IMG/VR virus record: IMGVR_UViG_3300043754_000129
Span: 128,001 to 192,000 of that record
DNA length: 64,000 nt
Source of the DNA: a virus
Lineage: Duplodnaviria; Caudoviricetes
Direction: 5' to 3' (one strand)
Shown here: positions 11,901 through 20,013 of the stretch, in pieces
How positions within the stretch are numbered: position 1 is the stretch's first letter
How the letters are laid out: every line of letters starts with the position of its first letter
Notes under the pieces: generated by a model
Database searches by the model: none
What the model was told of the DNA's origin: nothing
Seen by the model: the letters and a program-made list of their open reading frames with translations, nothing else
Made by a program: the position numbers and the translations under genes

Positions 11901-13552
11901 TGTCGGCTTGGAAGATCAAGTCGAGCCCGTGGCCGAAGTATCACCTGAATACGGATCCGGATTCGGTGAGCGCAATCCTTGCCTTCATCAAGGAGAAAGC
12001 CAAGACGAAGAAGTTGTCGGATGGCGTAACCAAGAAGAAGGAAGGTGACGGCGGGAAGGGTTGGACGGATATCTTCTCGGGTAAGTCTCTCAAGGAAAAG
12101 GTCGATCAGATCAAGGACTGGGGGAAGAAGACCTGGGATAAGGTTGAGTCGGGTGTGAGCCATGCGTGGTCTGCTACGAAGGATGCGGCAGGCAAGGCGT
12201 GGACCGCGGCGAAGAACACCAAGGTGGGGAAGGCGATCACCGGGGTGGCAGACCGCGTGGGTGACTCCATGAAGGGCTTTGGCGCGTCACTGGGTAAGGG
12301 TTATAAGGCTGTCGTAGGCGATGCGAAGAAGGTGAAGGATGCAGCGCTTGCAGCACTCAAGGGTGCCGGCATTACGAACCCCACGGAAGTGGCGATGTTC
12401 ATGGCGCAAATGGACACGGAGTCGGGTGGTTTCAAATCCCTCTCCGAGAACCTGAAGTACAGTGCTGCGACACTGATGAAGCTCTTTGGTAAGAAGCTGT
12501 CGGGTGGGATGCAACAAGCCCAGCAGATTGCAAGCCAAGGCGCCGAAGCAGTGGCGAACTTCATCTACGGTAACCGCATGGGTAACAGCGCACCGGACGA
12601 TGGGTTCAAGTACCGTGGCCGCGGGATCATCCAGTTGACGGGTAAGGATAACTACACGAAGTACGGGAAGATGTTGGGTCTCGACCTTGTGAACAATCCG
12701 GACCTGGCAGCAGATCCGAAGGTAGCAGCGCAGATCGCAGTGGCGTACTGGAAGACGCGGGTTTCGAGCTCGGCCGCACAAGCAGGTAATGTGCAACAGG
12801 TCACGCAAGAAATCAACGGCGGACAGAACGGCTTGGCATCGCGCCAGCAGAACTTCCAGAAGTACATGCAAGAAGCGAAGTCTGGTCAACTCCAGCCTTC
12901 GGACGCAAGCCCTGATGACAAGAAAGCGCAGCAGACTGCGGCGTCAGGTGCAGGCGGTTCAGGTGTGGGTGCTGCCACGCCGAGTAAGGCGACAGCCGGT
13001 GCATTGCCTACGGGTGGTGCCAACTCGGTGGTAGCAGGTGCTACGGCTCCGGCTAGCGGTAAGGATTCGAGCGCACCAACCGTCGCGTCGATGGGGTCAG
13101 CCCAACCGACTCCAAGTGTCACGAGCACGGCGTCGTCGATCAACAAGGTCTCGACGTCGGATGTGGCTGCGGCAGCATCGCAGCCGAGTGGTGGTGGAGC
13201 CAGCCCGTTTGGCTTTAACATGGCTTCGGCCAAGAGCACCACGCCTCCTGCCAAGAACATCCTGGCAGTGCAACAGGCACAGCACGAGGAAAAGATGAAC
13301 GCGATGGGCAACCATAGCGATCTCATGCAGCAGTCGCTGGACGTTCAAACGGACGCCCGTGACATCCTCAAGACGATCCTCTCGACCGTTCAAGAACTCC
13401 AGAAGAAAGGAGGGGACGGTAGCGATGGGTCGACGCCTTCGAGTAACGGGGCAGGTGGCAATCAGGTATCAGCAGGCGCGCCGAAGTCTTCGCTTCGTGG
13501 ACAGCGCCAGCCGATGCCGACGCCACCCGTGTCGATGCTCAACGAGGTTTAA
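5912..13552 (+). CDS. Tail tape-measure / virion peptidoglycan hydrolase (phiKZ gp181-like), 2546 aa, with a GH19 lysozyme domain near the C-terminus
   Basis: Very long Ala/Gly/Lys-rich protein divergent from the gp180-like gene, with hydrophobic Ala/Gly stretches. About 12350-12870 encodes MFMAQMDTESGGFKSLSENLKYS...GNRMGN...DGFKYRGRGIIQLTGKDNY...NPDLAADP...TQEINGGQNGL, the signature of phage GH19 lysozymes. RBS GGAG upstream. Confidence 0.9.
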   Translation: MAKELKFKDDNDIGFDSDLKIPSFSMREGKVGKDRNPVLKGIKDAGEGVVTGIWDAATSESFIKKVLKQALPDGYGAAIDTFDLAGQNLKKLYDSSEKQFKPLTNDIKRTVARLLPQQNKVMPKSLYDGLKRWSDSAEGSSTGMSQSQMRENNLTGTLGEVFKYQIETDAKNRAEDQARANIKEQIDTNRASFNMEALNSIKFSLQRLVDYQDKVTINYQRRSLELQYRQYFVQLDAFQHQRETSMQTRQLLEGIQKNTGLPDIRKIQGLGDYKDLIRNKFFNNIGGMMFGERSMFMQRIVENIQKALAENVTGFINTARTSIAGANEMAEFAKSSGDMGGPSGANLAGNMAGDLVFSNLGEKLGYKAYQHIQKMPQAKHINKLGKWLDYHFGNGPQHLTELAHSKKGDDLPMGLGWMVQFAKQMVHQSNVVDTGLRQDDIRNLQEPAVFNGMARKSLTEIIPGYLARIYQELQIIRTGDAKTDLMLFDPTSNRFKSAKETSLGIHKLLFKKEEMAANKKNQDDLITELQKKSGIEITPEMRKDVIGHLMNLNFQNRLGTPKNLADRYAYMGVKGVSNPGAMADMFAKYFGSKPTQDQLAKFQRMMNGLSYGMTDNRGTVQGLLNMGYGSNLEAMGMLTPKGNFNLDQFGKYYQGTTFDPQGMYAQGALNTHLGRGKTKVTINRNNSTTHNTSNTTNNSTVNNNIENVVHNIATEIAARLHQEFTVQPPSAPSSIPPVAAAVHAIRRKKFQTSALARQPKASEHITTLTGRQIHKDHNDAYVAAQARVHRLANSGFGRAALKKRYPDWMPGLEQFPHAAVDDEFHKATGLDHQSAMHPKGFVASAFGAGAVPRGDTIGMSRLEQAIKAASSKSVAEQILEELKKLSSGIKSGKGVQVFQINGEDVGDLLQRSARRGTNFMDQSLRNFGTDMVNNTVNVGKWILGRPAAMGRMAMGAWKGTKGLRDNIKLFGKKTGEAALKVASRWDDVYLPGVDEPVLEAWKLRAGYYINEKGDAIRSWKDINGTIRDTSENSEVRLSGSQIDRAYIRSQVGPKMLKALGSVWSFGWKNLMRMKRGIFSVVPMAVTMAKKGWNLTKNLLDQPQDIYVKGKSDPVMNARTMRAGLYRSARDLNKVIHRPGDIDGPVIDTSVNPPVIALTREDLQNGIYDAMGKPIKTPMQKILGAAMAPLRWLKNTTKFGFEFAMGLLKKPFQYIGQFFTNWFGPDGLVIAGSKTIITRLTEIRDVLKDRLPNPKKIRRGSWEDLESKAKKTVGAGSKASGPNVDKGFLGKAEGVAGNMATGLLEKLGLIKKQKKPGEKSWWDKTVDWGKDKVEEGVKGWAWEKGAEKAKDVGGRVKDSVWNRIKNRGKAAAGDVVEGVEHGGKKGFFRGALHGAKDLVFGPSGASGIAGKVGDTSSSIYKAVREGVADGMQDANGGGIGDAIKNKLEDKMLDKFGKFRKAGKLARQARTAGKVVRTARAVGTAAEVAEAGLGAAEVAGGVAGGAGLATGAGGLLAEMGLTAAAAGAGIGGTLLTGVTLAAGVAASLGTAALGILASPVVITAGLIAGGMYLANKAHNGLKSFMLHRKLGKLGFMRMAQYGFTEDDTDHIRTILEFEQTLMEHVTYDAGGRAQLDHKKLNFKEALEPFGIDAKNQDDLKSWLVWFAQRFRPVFLNSLNALRQVDKKKKLIDVDDLKKEDKAEYFKTASFAGGPYRINLSPFHRSKFLFIHFGSDKLQAGPKEVAAAVAAAHKEVGDPDPKKLAEKQKKLAAAGVTATASAINKKDGKKEEPHSFLGKIGAKVGSGLAMIGGAMLGGGLAAMAGKWLKNEWGKISNNADTKGMSFGDKLAVFLSPSLHHLMTGTKLHPFQALRYQAYGLHDYDQDKVAALAALEGHLGTRLKFSGEGDKSKVEFVGDPMDVLMHFGASFDPSNVSEKGNSNAHEWLEWFIRRFLPVYLTYRGSFMKIAGFVNSVGGEPNDAQAAQLAPLVNAAKGQDGVSAWKIKSSPWPKYHLNTDPDSVSAILAFIKEKAKTKKLSDGVTKKKEGDGGKGWTDIFSGKSLKEKVDQIKDWGKKTWDKVESGVSHAWSATKDAAGKAWTAAKNTKVGKAITGVADRVGDSMKGFGASLGKGYKAVVGDAKKVKDAALAALKGAGITNPTEVAMFMAQMDTESGGFKSLSENLKYSAATLMKLFGKKLSGGMQQAQQIASQGAEAVANFIYGNRMGNSAPDDGFKYRGRGIIQLTGKDNYTKYGKMLGLDLVNNPDLAADPKVAAQIAVAYWKTRVSSSAAQAGNVQQVTQEINGGQNGLASRQQNFQKYMQEAKSGQLQPSDASPDDKKAQQTAASGAGGSGVGAATPSKATAGALPTGGANSVVAGATAPASGKDSSAPTVASMGSAQPTPSVTSTASSINKVSTSDVAAAASQPSGGGASPFGFNMASAKSTTPPAKNILAVQQAQHEEKMNAMGNHSDLMQQSLDVQTDARDILKTILSTVQELQKKGGDGSDGSTPSSNGAGGNQVSAGAPKSSLRGQRQPMPTPPVSMLNEV

Positions 13553-13564
13553 TGTTGTAGTTCG

Positions 13565-13602
13565 GGCAAGTGGGGGCCTACGGGTTCCTCACTTGCCTTT
13601 TT
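13565..13602 (+). terminator. Rho-independent terminator after the tape-measure gene
   Basis: GGCAAGTG...CACTTGCC stem with an inner GG/CC-TACG hairpin, followed by a T-run. Confidence 0.7.
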
Positions 13603-13630
13603 ATTTTGCGTGAGACAAGGAGTCTGTGCA

Positions 13631-15823
13631 ATGAGCACACCGGCTACCGGTAACTTAACGAATAACCCGAACTTGACACCGTCCTGGGTCAAGCAGTCGT
13701 TCCTGTTGCATTCGAAAGATCTCGCAGCCATCGATCAACAGAATCGTTTCTTCACGAGCGCGTCGCTCAAGTACACGGATACCACACCGGGTGGTAACCA
13801 CTGCATTAACCCGCCGCCCCAGTTCACGCGCTTTGCCGACCCGAAAGCGGGTTCGCGTTTTGCGGGCAGCAAGGGTCTGGGTATCTATTACTCGGAAGCC
13901 ATCGACGACAACTCGCAGCTCATCCACATGAGCTTTGGAGTGCCGCAGTTCAACTCGATGACGCAGTTCTTCACGAACTTCTACAACACGGGTGCCGCCA
14001 CCCTCGCTCGAACCGGTCGTGATCCGAACGGGATTATGTACATGATCGGGCGCGCAGCGTTTGCGGTGGTGGCAGTCGCCTTCTGGCCTCTGGCCGCGAT
14101 TCACATCGCCGGTATGGCGTTGCGCTTCCTGAGTGAGAAGCCCTCGACGAAGTACTACTACCTCAAGCGCACGATGCCGGTGTACTGGCAGGTGGTGACC
14201 ACGATCGTCAACCAGATCGCCGTCAACAAGGGGATCATCCAACGTCAGATCTCCCAACCGGTCGCAACGGGCGTGGACCCGATCAACGCAGCAACGGGTG
14301 GCGATCCGAACTACAACGACGGTGCGGATCTTGCCAACGGCTACCAGTTCGACGCCAAGGGTATTCAGGCGATGAACAACCTGGCCATGCAGATGCAGCT
14401 GCCGGACATCTTCATGCCGGGTGGCGGTATCGACGTGTTCGCGATGGCGAATCGCGCCAAGCGGCTGGAGCAGCAACAGATCAAGCAGTACTACCAAGCG
14501 TTGAATGACACGCAGGGTAACCTCGATCTGGGTGCCAAGATTCAGCAGATCTTCAGCCCGAGCAACATGCTTCAGGATACGACCAAGATTAACTTCTTGC
14601 AGTATCTGGACAAGTGGCGTCAGACGCCCGCTGGTGTGGCAGCCTCCAACGAGACGGCCATTGCAGGTGACGCGAACAACGACAGCACCACGGAAGGCAT
14701 TGACCCGAGCCAAGCCAATGCAACGCAACTCGGTAACTTCTTCCAGGCGGAAATGGATGACGGTAGCGCGTACGTGACGTTCCGCGTGAATGCTACCGGT
14801 GCCGTGACCGATAGCTTCCAGAACTCGGCCGCGGACTCCGAACTCGCCAACCAGATTAACAGCATGTCGAGCCAGTCGCGCTCCACGCGCTTCGACCTGG
14901 AAGACGGGGACATCTCGGACTCGGGTATCGCCAAGGTCGCCGGTCACCTGGCTAAGGGTCTGTCGGACATCGTGTCGGGCTTTGCTGCTGGTTTCGGTCT
15001 GTCGGGTATTGCAGCGCTCGGTGGTTCCGCTTTCGTGGATATCCCCAAGCACTGGCAGTCGGCTACGGCCAACCTGTCGCGCTCGACGTACACCATGAAT
15101 TTGGTGTGTCCGTACGGCAATCCGATCTCGCAGCTGATCAACCTCTACATCCCGGTGGCGATGCTGGTCGCAGGCACGTTGCCGCTCGCTACGGGCCAAC
15201 AGTCGTACACCTCGCCGTTCATCTGCGAACTGTACGACCGGGGCCGCTGCCAGATTCGTCTGGGTATGATCGACAGCCTCCAGATCACACGCGGCACGAG
15301 CAATCTGCCGTTTGACCGCGAAGGCAATGCATTGGCGATTGACGTGACGTTCACGGTGCTCGATCTCTCGAACCTCGTGTACCTGCCGATCTCCCAAGGC
15401 ATGACGAGCGCAGCTTCGTCGCTCTTGGCGTCCATTGGCATGACGGGTGGTGTCGTCGCAGGTGTGGCGAACTACGTGTCGGGCAATGAAGGCAGCCTCG
15501 CGAGCAACATCAGCGATCAAGCGGCTTCCAGTGGTGCAGCTGCTGCGGACGTTGGTGCAGTCCCGGATGGTATTGCGAATCTGGTGACGTCGCTGAACGG
15601 TCTGTTCGACGGTGACAATCCGTTCTCGGACTACATGGCAGTCTTGGGTGGTCTGGGTCTGGCCGATCAGATCTACGTGCTGCGTCGCTTTAAGCTGAAC
15701 CTGACCATGCAGATGCAGCAGTGGCGTAGCTGGCGCTCGCCGTCGCGTTACGCGAGCATGATGGGTGACGTGTTGCCTGCCCGCCTGATCAAGGGCTTCT
15801 TCGCAGGTGTCGATAACAACTAA
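13631..15823 (+). CDS. Virion tail/baseplate protein (phiKZ gp182-like)
   Basis: AAGGAG RBS before ATG 13631. About 730 aa, directly after the gp181-like gene. Motifs such as GGNHCINPPPQFTRFAD, YSEAIDDNSQLIHMSFGVPQFNS and GMIDSLQITRGTSNLPF resemble this conserved family from memory. Confidence 0.75.
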   Translation: MSTPATGNLTNNPNLTPSWVKQSFLLHSKDLAAIDQQNRFFTSASLKYTDTTPGGNHCINPPPQFTRFADPKAGSRFAGSKGLGIYYSEAIDDNSQLIHMSFGVPQFNSMTQFFTNFYNTGAATLARTGRDPNGIMYMIGRAAFAVVAVAFWPLAAIHIAGMALRFLSEKPSTKYYYLKRTMPVYWQVVTTIVNQIAVNKGIIQRQISQPVATGVDPINAATGGDPNYNDGADLANGYQFDAKGIQAMNNLAMQMQLPDIFMPGGGIDVFAMANRAKRLEQQQIKQYYQALNDTQGNLDLGAKIQQIFSPSNMLQDTTKINFLQYLDKWRQTPAGVAASNETAIAGDANNDSTTEGIDPSQANATQLGNFFQAEMDDGSAYVTFRVNATGAVTDSFQNSAADSELANQINSMSSQSRSTRFDLEDGDISDSGIAKVAGHLAKGLSDIVSGFAAGFGLSGIAALGGSAFVDIPKHWQSATANLSRSTYTMNLVCPYGNPISQLINLYIPVAMLVAGTLPLATGQQSYTSPFICELYDRGRCQIRLGMIDSLQITRGTSNLPFDREGNALAIDVTFTVLDLSNLVYLPISQGMTSAASSLLASIGMTGGVVAGVANYVSGNEGSLASNISDQAASSGAAAADVGAVPDGIANLVTSLNGLFDGDNPFSDYMAVLGGLGLADQIYVLRRFKLNLTMQMQQWRSWRSPSRYASMMGDVLPARLIKGFFAGVDNN

Positions 15824-15833
15824 AAAAAGAAGA

Positions 15834-15873
15834 CGGCATAAAGGCCCGGCGTAATGCCGGGCTTCTATGCTGC
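15834..15873. terminator. GGCATA/TATGC-family extended hairpin between convergent genes
   Basis: CGGCATA-AAG-GCCCGGC-GTAAT-GCCGGGC-TTC-TATGCTG. An A-run on the left gives a U-tail on the minus strand. Confidence 0.75.
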
Positions 15874-17394
15874 TTAGTGCACAACCTGCAAGGTGTTGGG
15901 GTCGACTGGCTGATAGAAGTTCTTGCCGTCGCTGTACTCCACCCCGTAGCCCCAGTTGATGGCCGTACTCGTGGCTTCCACACCCGAGTTCGTTTCCGTC
16001 ACGAGATATGTTTCCGTGCCACCAAAGCCGTTGGGCTTGGTCATGTACGTCTTGCCACCCACGGTCTTATAGGTAGCGGGATTCGGCGTTTCCGACACCG
16101 GATCGTTCTTCGCCGGTGGATCCCACACCATCATGCCGTCGTTGTAGCCATTATCCAGATTGGCTTGGTGCTCCGCCGAGGTCTCAAAGCCACTGGGCAT
16201 GCTGGTGCTGCTGGGCGTCTGTTGGATCGCCGTGGCACTGGTGGCAGCACTCACGACCGACGAGGTATCCGTTTGCAGCTGTGTTGGCTGAACCGGCGTG
16301 GCGGTCGAGCGCAATGCAGGATCGATGTACGTGTTCGGGTACATGTCCTTCAACTGTTGATCCGGGTCAACCGAATCGTAGACCGGCCCCAGTGCATAGA
16401 AGGGCGTGGTCGTATCTGTCGGCGGTTGCGAAGGATCGGTTTGAGCCGAAGCAAACACACCGGCCGTCAGTGCGCTATTGAAATCGTCCGTCCCACTTTG
16501 CAGCGAGGTCAGATCAATCGTGGAGTCGCCCACATAACGCGACACGTTGTTCCAGCCCGGGTTGGCGGCATCGTAGCAATCGATGATCGATTGGTAGTTA
16601 TCCGCATCGCTCGACGGCAGCGCCTGCTGCGCATTACCCGACGCCGACCGACTGTAGTTCTGCGTGATTGACAAACAGATCGACGGATTGATCGCGCGCA
16701 GATTCCCGGTTGCCACAGCCCCGGCGATCGCACTGAGACTGTTGATGTCACTCACCGACACCAGACCCGGCATCGTCTGTTGCACAATCCCGTTCAGGAT
16801 GTACGGGCTCGTGATCCCCTTGACCATCGCATTGAAGGCGCCCGAGACGCCATAACGCGAGGCTTGGTTGATGACACCTGCCGCCATGCTGATGAGTGCC
16901 TGGTTGTCCACCATCATGAACTCAGCGGAGCCCGCAAAGCCATTGATCAGCGAACCCAAAGCTTGGATGTCGTTGACTGCGCCATTGGCAATCGTGGAGA
17001 CCACACCACCCACCGTGGCGGTCACATCCCCCAGAATCTGCCCACCGGCAGCGATCGCACTCTGAACACCGTCAGAGAGGCTATTAAACAGCCCGCCAAG
17101 GCTCGTGCCGTTCGCGGCTGCTACCAAGGTATTACTTGCTGTCAGAATCCGTGCAATCGCGTTTGCGGGGTTCATAAGCAGTCGACCGTTGGCGATCCCT
17201 TCCACCACCGGCAGCACCTGGGCGGCTGCGGCACCGGCACGCAACATCCCAATCAAATCGACGTCGTACTGCGAGGCCAGCGAAGAGATCGAATTAACGA
17301 TACCAGACGAAGTACCACTGAACACGTCAATGGTAATCAGCGCATCATTCGGGCCCGTGACAAAACTTGGTTTCGCTAATACATTCGACCCCAT
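15874..17394 (-). CDS. Putative virion structural protein, 506 aa
   Basis: Ala/Ser/Thr/Gly/Asn-rich composition. The N-terminus LAKPSFVTGPNDALITIDVF resembles conserved phiKZ-like structural proteins. C-terminal Thr/Pro-rich extension. Confidence 0.6.
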   Translation of the reverse strand: MGSNVLAKPSFVTGPNDALITIDVFSGTSSGIVNSISSLASQYDVDLIGMLRAGAAAAQVLPVVEGIANGRLLMNPANAIARILTASNTLVAAANGTSLGGLFNSLSDGVQSAIAAGGQILGDVTATVGGVVSTIANGAVNDIQALGSLINGFAGSAEFMMVDNQALISMAAGVINQASRYGVSGAFNAMVKGITSPYILNGIVQQTMPGLVSVSDINSLSAIAGAVATGNLRAINPSICLSITQNYSRSASGNAQQALPSSDADNYQSIIDCYDAANPGWNNVSRYVGDSTIDLTSLQSGTDDFNSALTAGVFASAQTDPSQPPTDTTTPFYALGPVYDSVDPDQQLKDMYPNTYIDPALRSTATPVQPTQLQTDTSSVVSAATSATAIQQTPSSTSMPSGFETSAEHQANLDNGYNDGMMVWDPPAKNDPVSETPNPATYKTVGGKTYMTKPNGFGGTETYLVTETNSGVEATSTAINWGYGVEYSDGKNFYQPVDPNTLQVVH

Positions 17395-17410
17395 TGTTCA
17401 TCCTTGAGAC

Positions 17411-17439
17411 AAAAAAAAAGAGAGGGCGACTGCCCTCTC
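17411..17439 (-). terminator. Rho-independent terminator
   Basis: GAGAGGGC-GACT-GCCCTCTC stem with a 9-A run on + (U-tail on -), just after the stop of 17457..18017. Confidence 0.75.
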
Positions 17440-17456
17440 GATTTTGCGGTTGTGGT

Positions 17457-18017
17457 TTAGCGCGGACGGAACCACTCTTCTGCGCGTTGCGTGAAGTCCA
17501 CGATAGGTTGGGCTTCCACACGCTGGCCTGCCTTCAAGGCACGACGAATTTCTTCGAAGATGGAGCACAACCACGGCGCGTGCTGCGGCGTGATACGAAT
17601 CTGCTCCGGACCATACAGGTAGTAGTACTCGAACGGCAGCGTCGAGGCAATCATCAATTCCTTCAGACCGTGCGTCTGCTCGATCTTGTGGAAGTTCGCT
17701 TCCTTGATGATGTTGATGAAGTTCGGACGCTTCACCGTGCGCTTGGTCTTCGCGTAGGCTTTCGCCTTGCCACCCGTCATCGACCGGAATGCATCGTCCG
17801 GGTCTTCCGACTTGATGTAGTGCCAGAAGCCTTCCATCGTCTTGAAGTGGCCGTAGATCGGATGGATGAACGGCGTGAACGCGAAGTGCGTCAGTTGTCG
17901 ACCAAGCTCGGTTGCCCCCGTCGAGGAGATGTTGATGTGCGTCTTGCCGTCTTCATCCGGATTCGCCGGAGCGCGAGGAGTCAGGAGGGCCGGGAGTTTC
18001 TCGATAGTGCTGGTCAT
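17457..18017 (-). CDS. NADAR-like protein (T4 gp30.3-like), 186 aa
   Basis: HINISSTGATELGRQLTHFAFTPFIHPIYGHFKTMEGFWHYIKS aligns by eye with the NADAR/gp30.3 core LSNFxxxPF...FxxxEGFxQxxK. Confidence 0.55.
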   Translation of the reverse strand: MTSTIEKLPALLTPRAPANPDEDGKTHINISSTGATELGRQLTHFAFTPFIHPIYGHFKTMEGFWHYIKSEDPDDAFRSMTGGKAKAYAKTKRTVKRPNFINIIKEANFHKIEQTHGLKELMIASTLPFEYYYLYGPEQIRITPQHAPWLCSIFEEIRRALKAGQRVEAQPIVDFTQRAEEWFRPR

Positions 18018-18022
18018 AATTG

Positions 18023-18733
18023 CTAAACCTGTTGTTGTGTGTCGGCCAGGTACTGATCGTAGACGCGCTTCCCTAAGTAGCTGCCTGCGAAATCTTCCGT
18101 CCCGGCCTCAAAACCCCGGGAAGGCTGTCCCTCCTCCCAGGGTGGTGCTTTGGTGGTTGTTTCAAGTTCAAACGGTTCCGAATACGGATTGCACAACTCG
18201 TAGATGAGACCACGAACATGCGAGTCGTCTTCCAGCTCCGTGTAGACCGGCGTCTCCAAGGGAGCCGCTGCCGCGAGTTGGGCGAGGGCTGCCAGCTGAA
18301 GCATGCTCGGCTCTTGACGGATCTCCTGAATGAAGTTCGGCTTCACAGGCGCAGGCGCCGGCGTACCAAAGTTCACAGGCGTGCTGTGGACGCTACGCTT
18401 GCCACTGAGATAGTTGCACTCAATAGCAATCGTCATATCAGACACACCCAAAAAGCGCTGTGCCTTCATGAAGACTTTCCATGTCATCTGCGGTCGTGCC
18501 AATTCCTTGACGAGGTTCCCACGCGCACTTTGCTGATCACGCTTATTAGCAGGATAGCCGTTACGGGGATCGGTCACGAACGTGTACATCAAATCGTTCC
18601 AGCGCTGGATATTAATTCCCAGATCTTTGAGTTGTTGGCGCCAGAGACGAGAAAGCACTCCGCCTGCCCCGCTAGTGCCAGAGGCACCTTTGTCGGCTTG
18701 GCTGAGCAAACGCATAACCTGATTGCGTGCCAT
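18023..18733 (-). CDS. Conserved phiKZ-like hypothetical protein, 236 aa
   Basis: Tightly spaced in a minus-strand operon. Motif GGVLSRLWR...WNDLM..FVTDPRN...RGNLVKEL....MTWKVFMKA resembles a phiKZ-like family. Confidence 0.65.
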   Translation of the reverse strand: MARNQVMRLLSQADKGASGTSGAGGVLSRLWRQQLKDLGINIQRWNDLMYTFVTDPRNGYPANKRDQQSARGNLVKELARPQMTWKVFMKAQRFLGVSDMTIAIECNYLSGKRSVHSTPVNFGTPAPAPVKPNFIQEIRQEPSMLQLAALAQLAAAAPLETPVYTELEDDSHVRGLIYELCNPYSEPFELETTTKAPPWEEGQPSRGFEAGTEDFAGSYLGKRVYDQYLADTQQQV

Positions 18734-18774
18734 GATTCGTTTCCTTGGTTTTCACTTGTTTCATTGGTTATAAC

Positions 18775-19335
18775 CTAGGCCTGCGGGGACAGGTCCAGGC
18801 TGACTGCAATCAACGATTGCAAGATGCTCTCGAGGCTAAAGACAAACCGCGTGAGCATACGACGATTGTGTTCTTGCACACCGAACTTTGCATGTTCGAT
18901 TTGTTGAAGCTGTGCGGCAAACACAAGCGCATCGTTCTTGAAAGCTTGCACCGATTCAAACACATCGATGTAAAAGCCATCGGCCGAGGTGAGGAAGTCC
19001 GCAATCGCCATGATGCGACTGTCGCGACCGGCCCACTCGTGGGTGATCATCTGCTCGTTCATGATGCGGGTTCCCACCAGCTTCATTTCCTTGCAGTAGG
19101 CGTCGATGCACGGGAAGAGTGCGGTGATCTCGATTCCCATGACCGCGTCTTTCTTGTAGTGACGGAAGGCTTCGGGCTCCAGGGTGCGTGCCAGCACTTC
19201 GAGGCGGCTGCGCTCCATGTTCTCGTCAATGCGCTTCATCACTGCTTCTTTGATCTTATCCCGGGTGTGGATGCCACTGAATACCCGGCTGATCCATGCT
19301 CTCATAAACCACTCCTTCGTTTCGTTGGTTATCAT
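18775..19335 (-). CDS. Hypothetical protein, 186 aa
   Basis: Protein-like helical ORF co-oriented with its neighbours. Confidence 0.6.
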   Translation of the reverse strand: MITNETKEWFMRAWISRVFSGIHTRDKIKEAVMKRIDENMERSRLEVLARTLEPEAFRHYKKDAVMGIEITALFPCIDAYCKEMKLVGTRIMNEQMITHEWAGRDSRIMAIADFLTSADGFYIDVFESVQAFKNDALVFAAQLQQIEHAKFGVQEHNRRMLTRFVFSLESILQSLIAVSLDLSPQA

Positions 19336-19416
19336 TCGTTATCGAGAAGGCCATTTTTATTGGGCTCTCAAGAACATGATATGTCACTCAAAATATCTAC
19401 TTTCCGGAGGGTCCCC

Positions 19417-19920
19417 ATGGACGAGTATGATAACTTCCCGCCTATCGAGCCACCCAAGGGTGGTAGCGTCCTTCGTAACGACGGCAATCCCCCTCAAAAT
19501 ATTGAGGTGCAAGTCATCGAGAAGGAAGATGATGTTCTTCTCTTTACCCAGAAAGCACGACAGCAAATCGTCAAGTCGCTCATGGGCAAGGATCTCAACG
19601 ATCTGAATTCGGCACAGATCAGTCTTCTCGCTGGTATGCTCGACGGCATGGATCGCTCGGCGCTGGGCCGCAAGCGTCTGCAAACCGATGAGAAGATGGG
19701 CGCGAATAATGCAGTCGCCGCTGCGCTTATCGCCAAGGTGCTCGCAACGCCGGGTGCATTGACGGCAGGTCAAGTCGATGTGGCAGTAACGCCGCGCAAG
19801 GCCATTCCCATGTTGCCGGATGTGGGTGAACCCGCAACTGTTCCGGGTGAAATGGAATCCGATGCGCGGCAAATGAACTACGACACCTTCATGACCCAGA
19901 CGTCCGGTGAGAGCGTCTGA
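19417..19920 (+). CDS. Conserved hypothetical protein (about 167 aa)
   Basis: GGAGG RBS at 19406-19410 before ATG 19417 (MDEYDNFPP...). It is the C-terminal part of the 18745..19920 track ORF and is followed by a hairpin. Confidence 0.65.
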   Translation: MDEYDNFPPIEPPKGGSVLRNDGNPPQNIEVQVIEKEDDVLLFTQKARQQIVKSLMGKDLNDLNSAQISLLAGMLDGMDRSALGRKRLQTDEKMGANNAVAAALIAKVLATPGALTAGQVDVAVTPRKAIPMLPDVGEPATVPGEMESDARQMNYDTFMTQTSGESV

Positions 19921-20013
19921 GTCATTGCCAACACGTAGCGCACTCAATGCAATTTACTCCCTGCCCTTCTAGCCTGCCCACGGATATGGGTTTGGCTAGA
20001 GGGGGTGGGCGTT

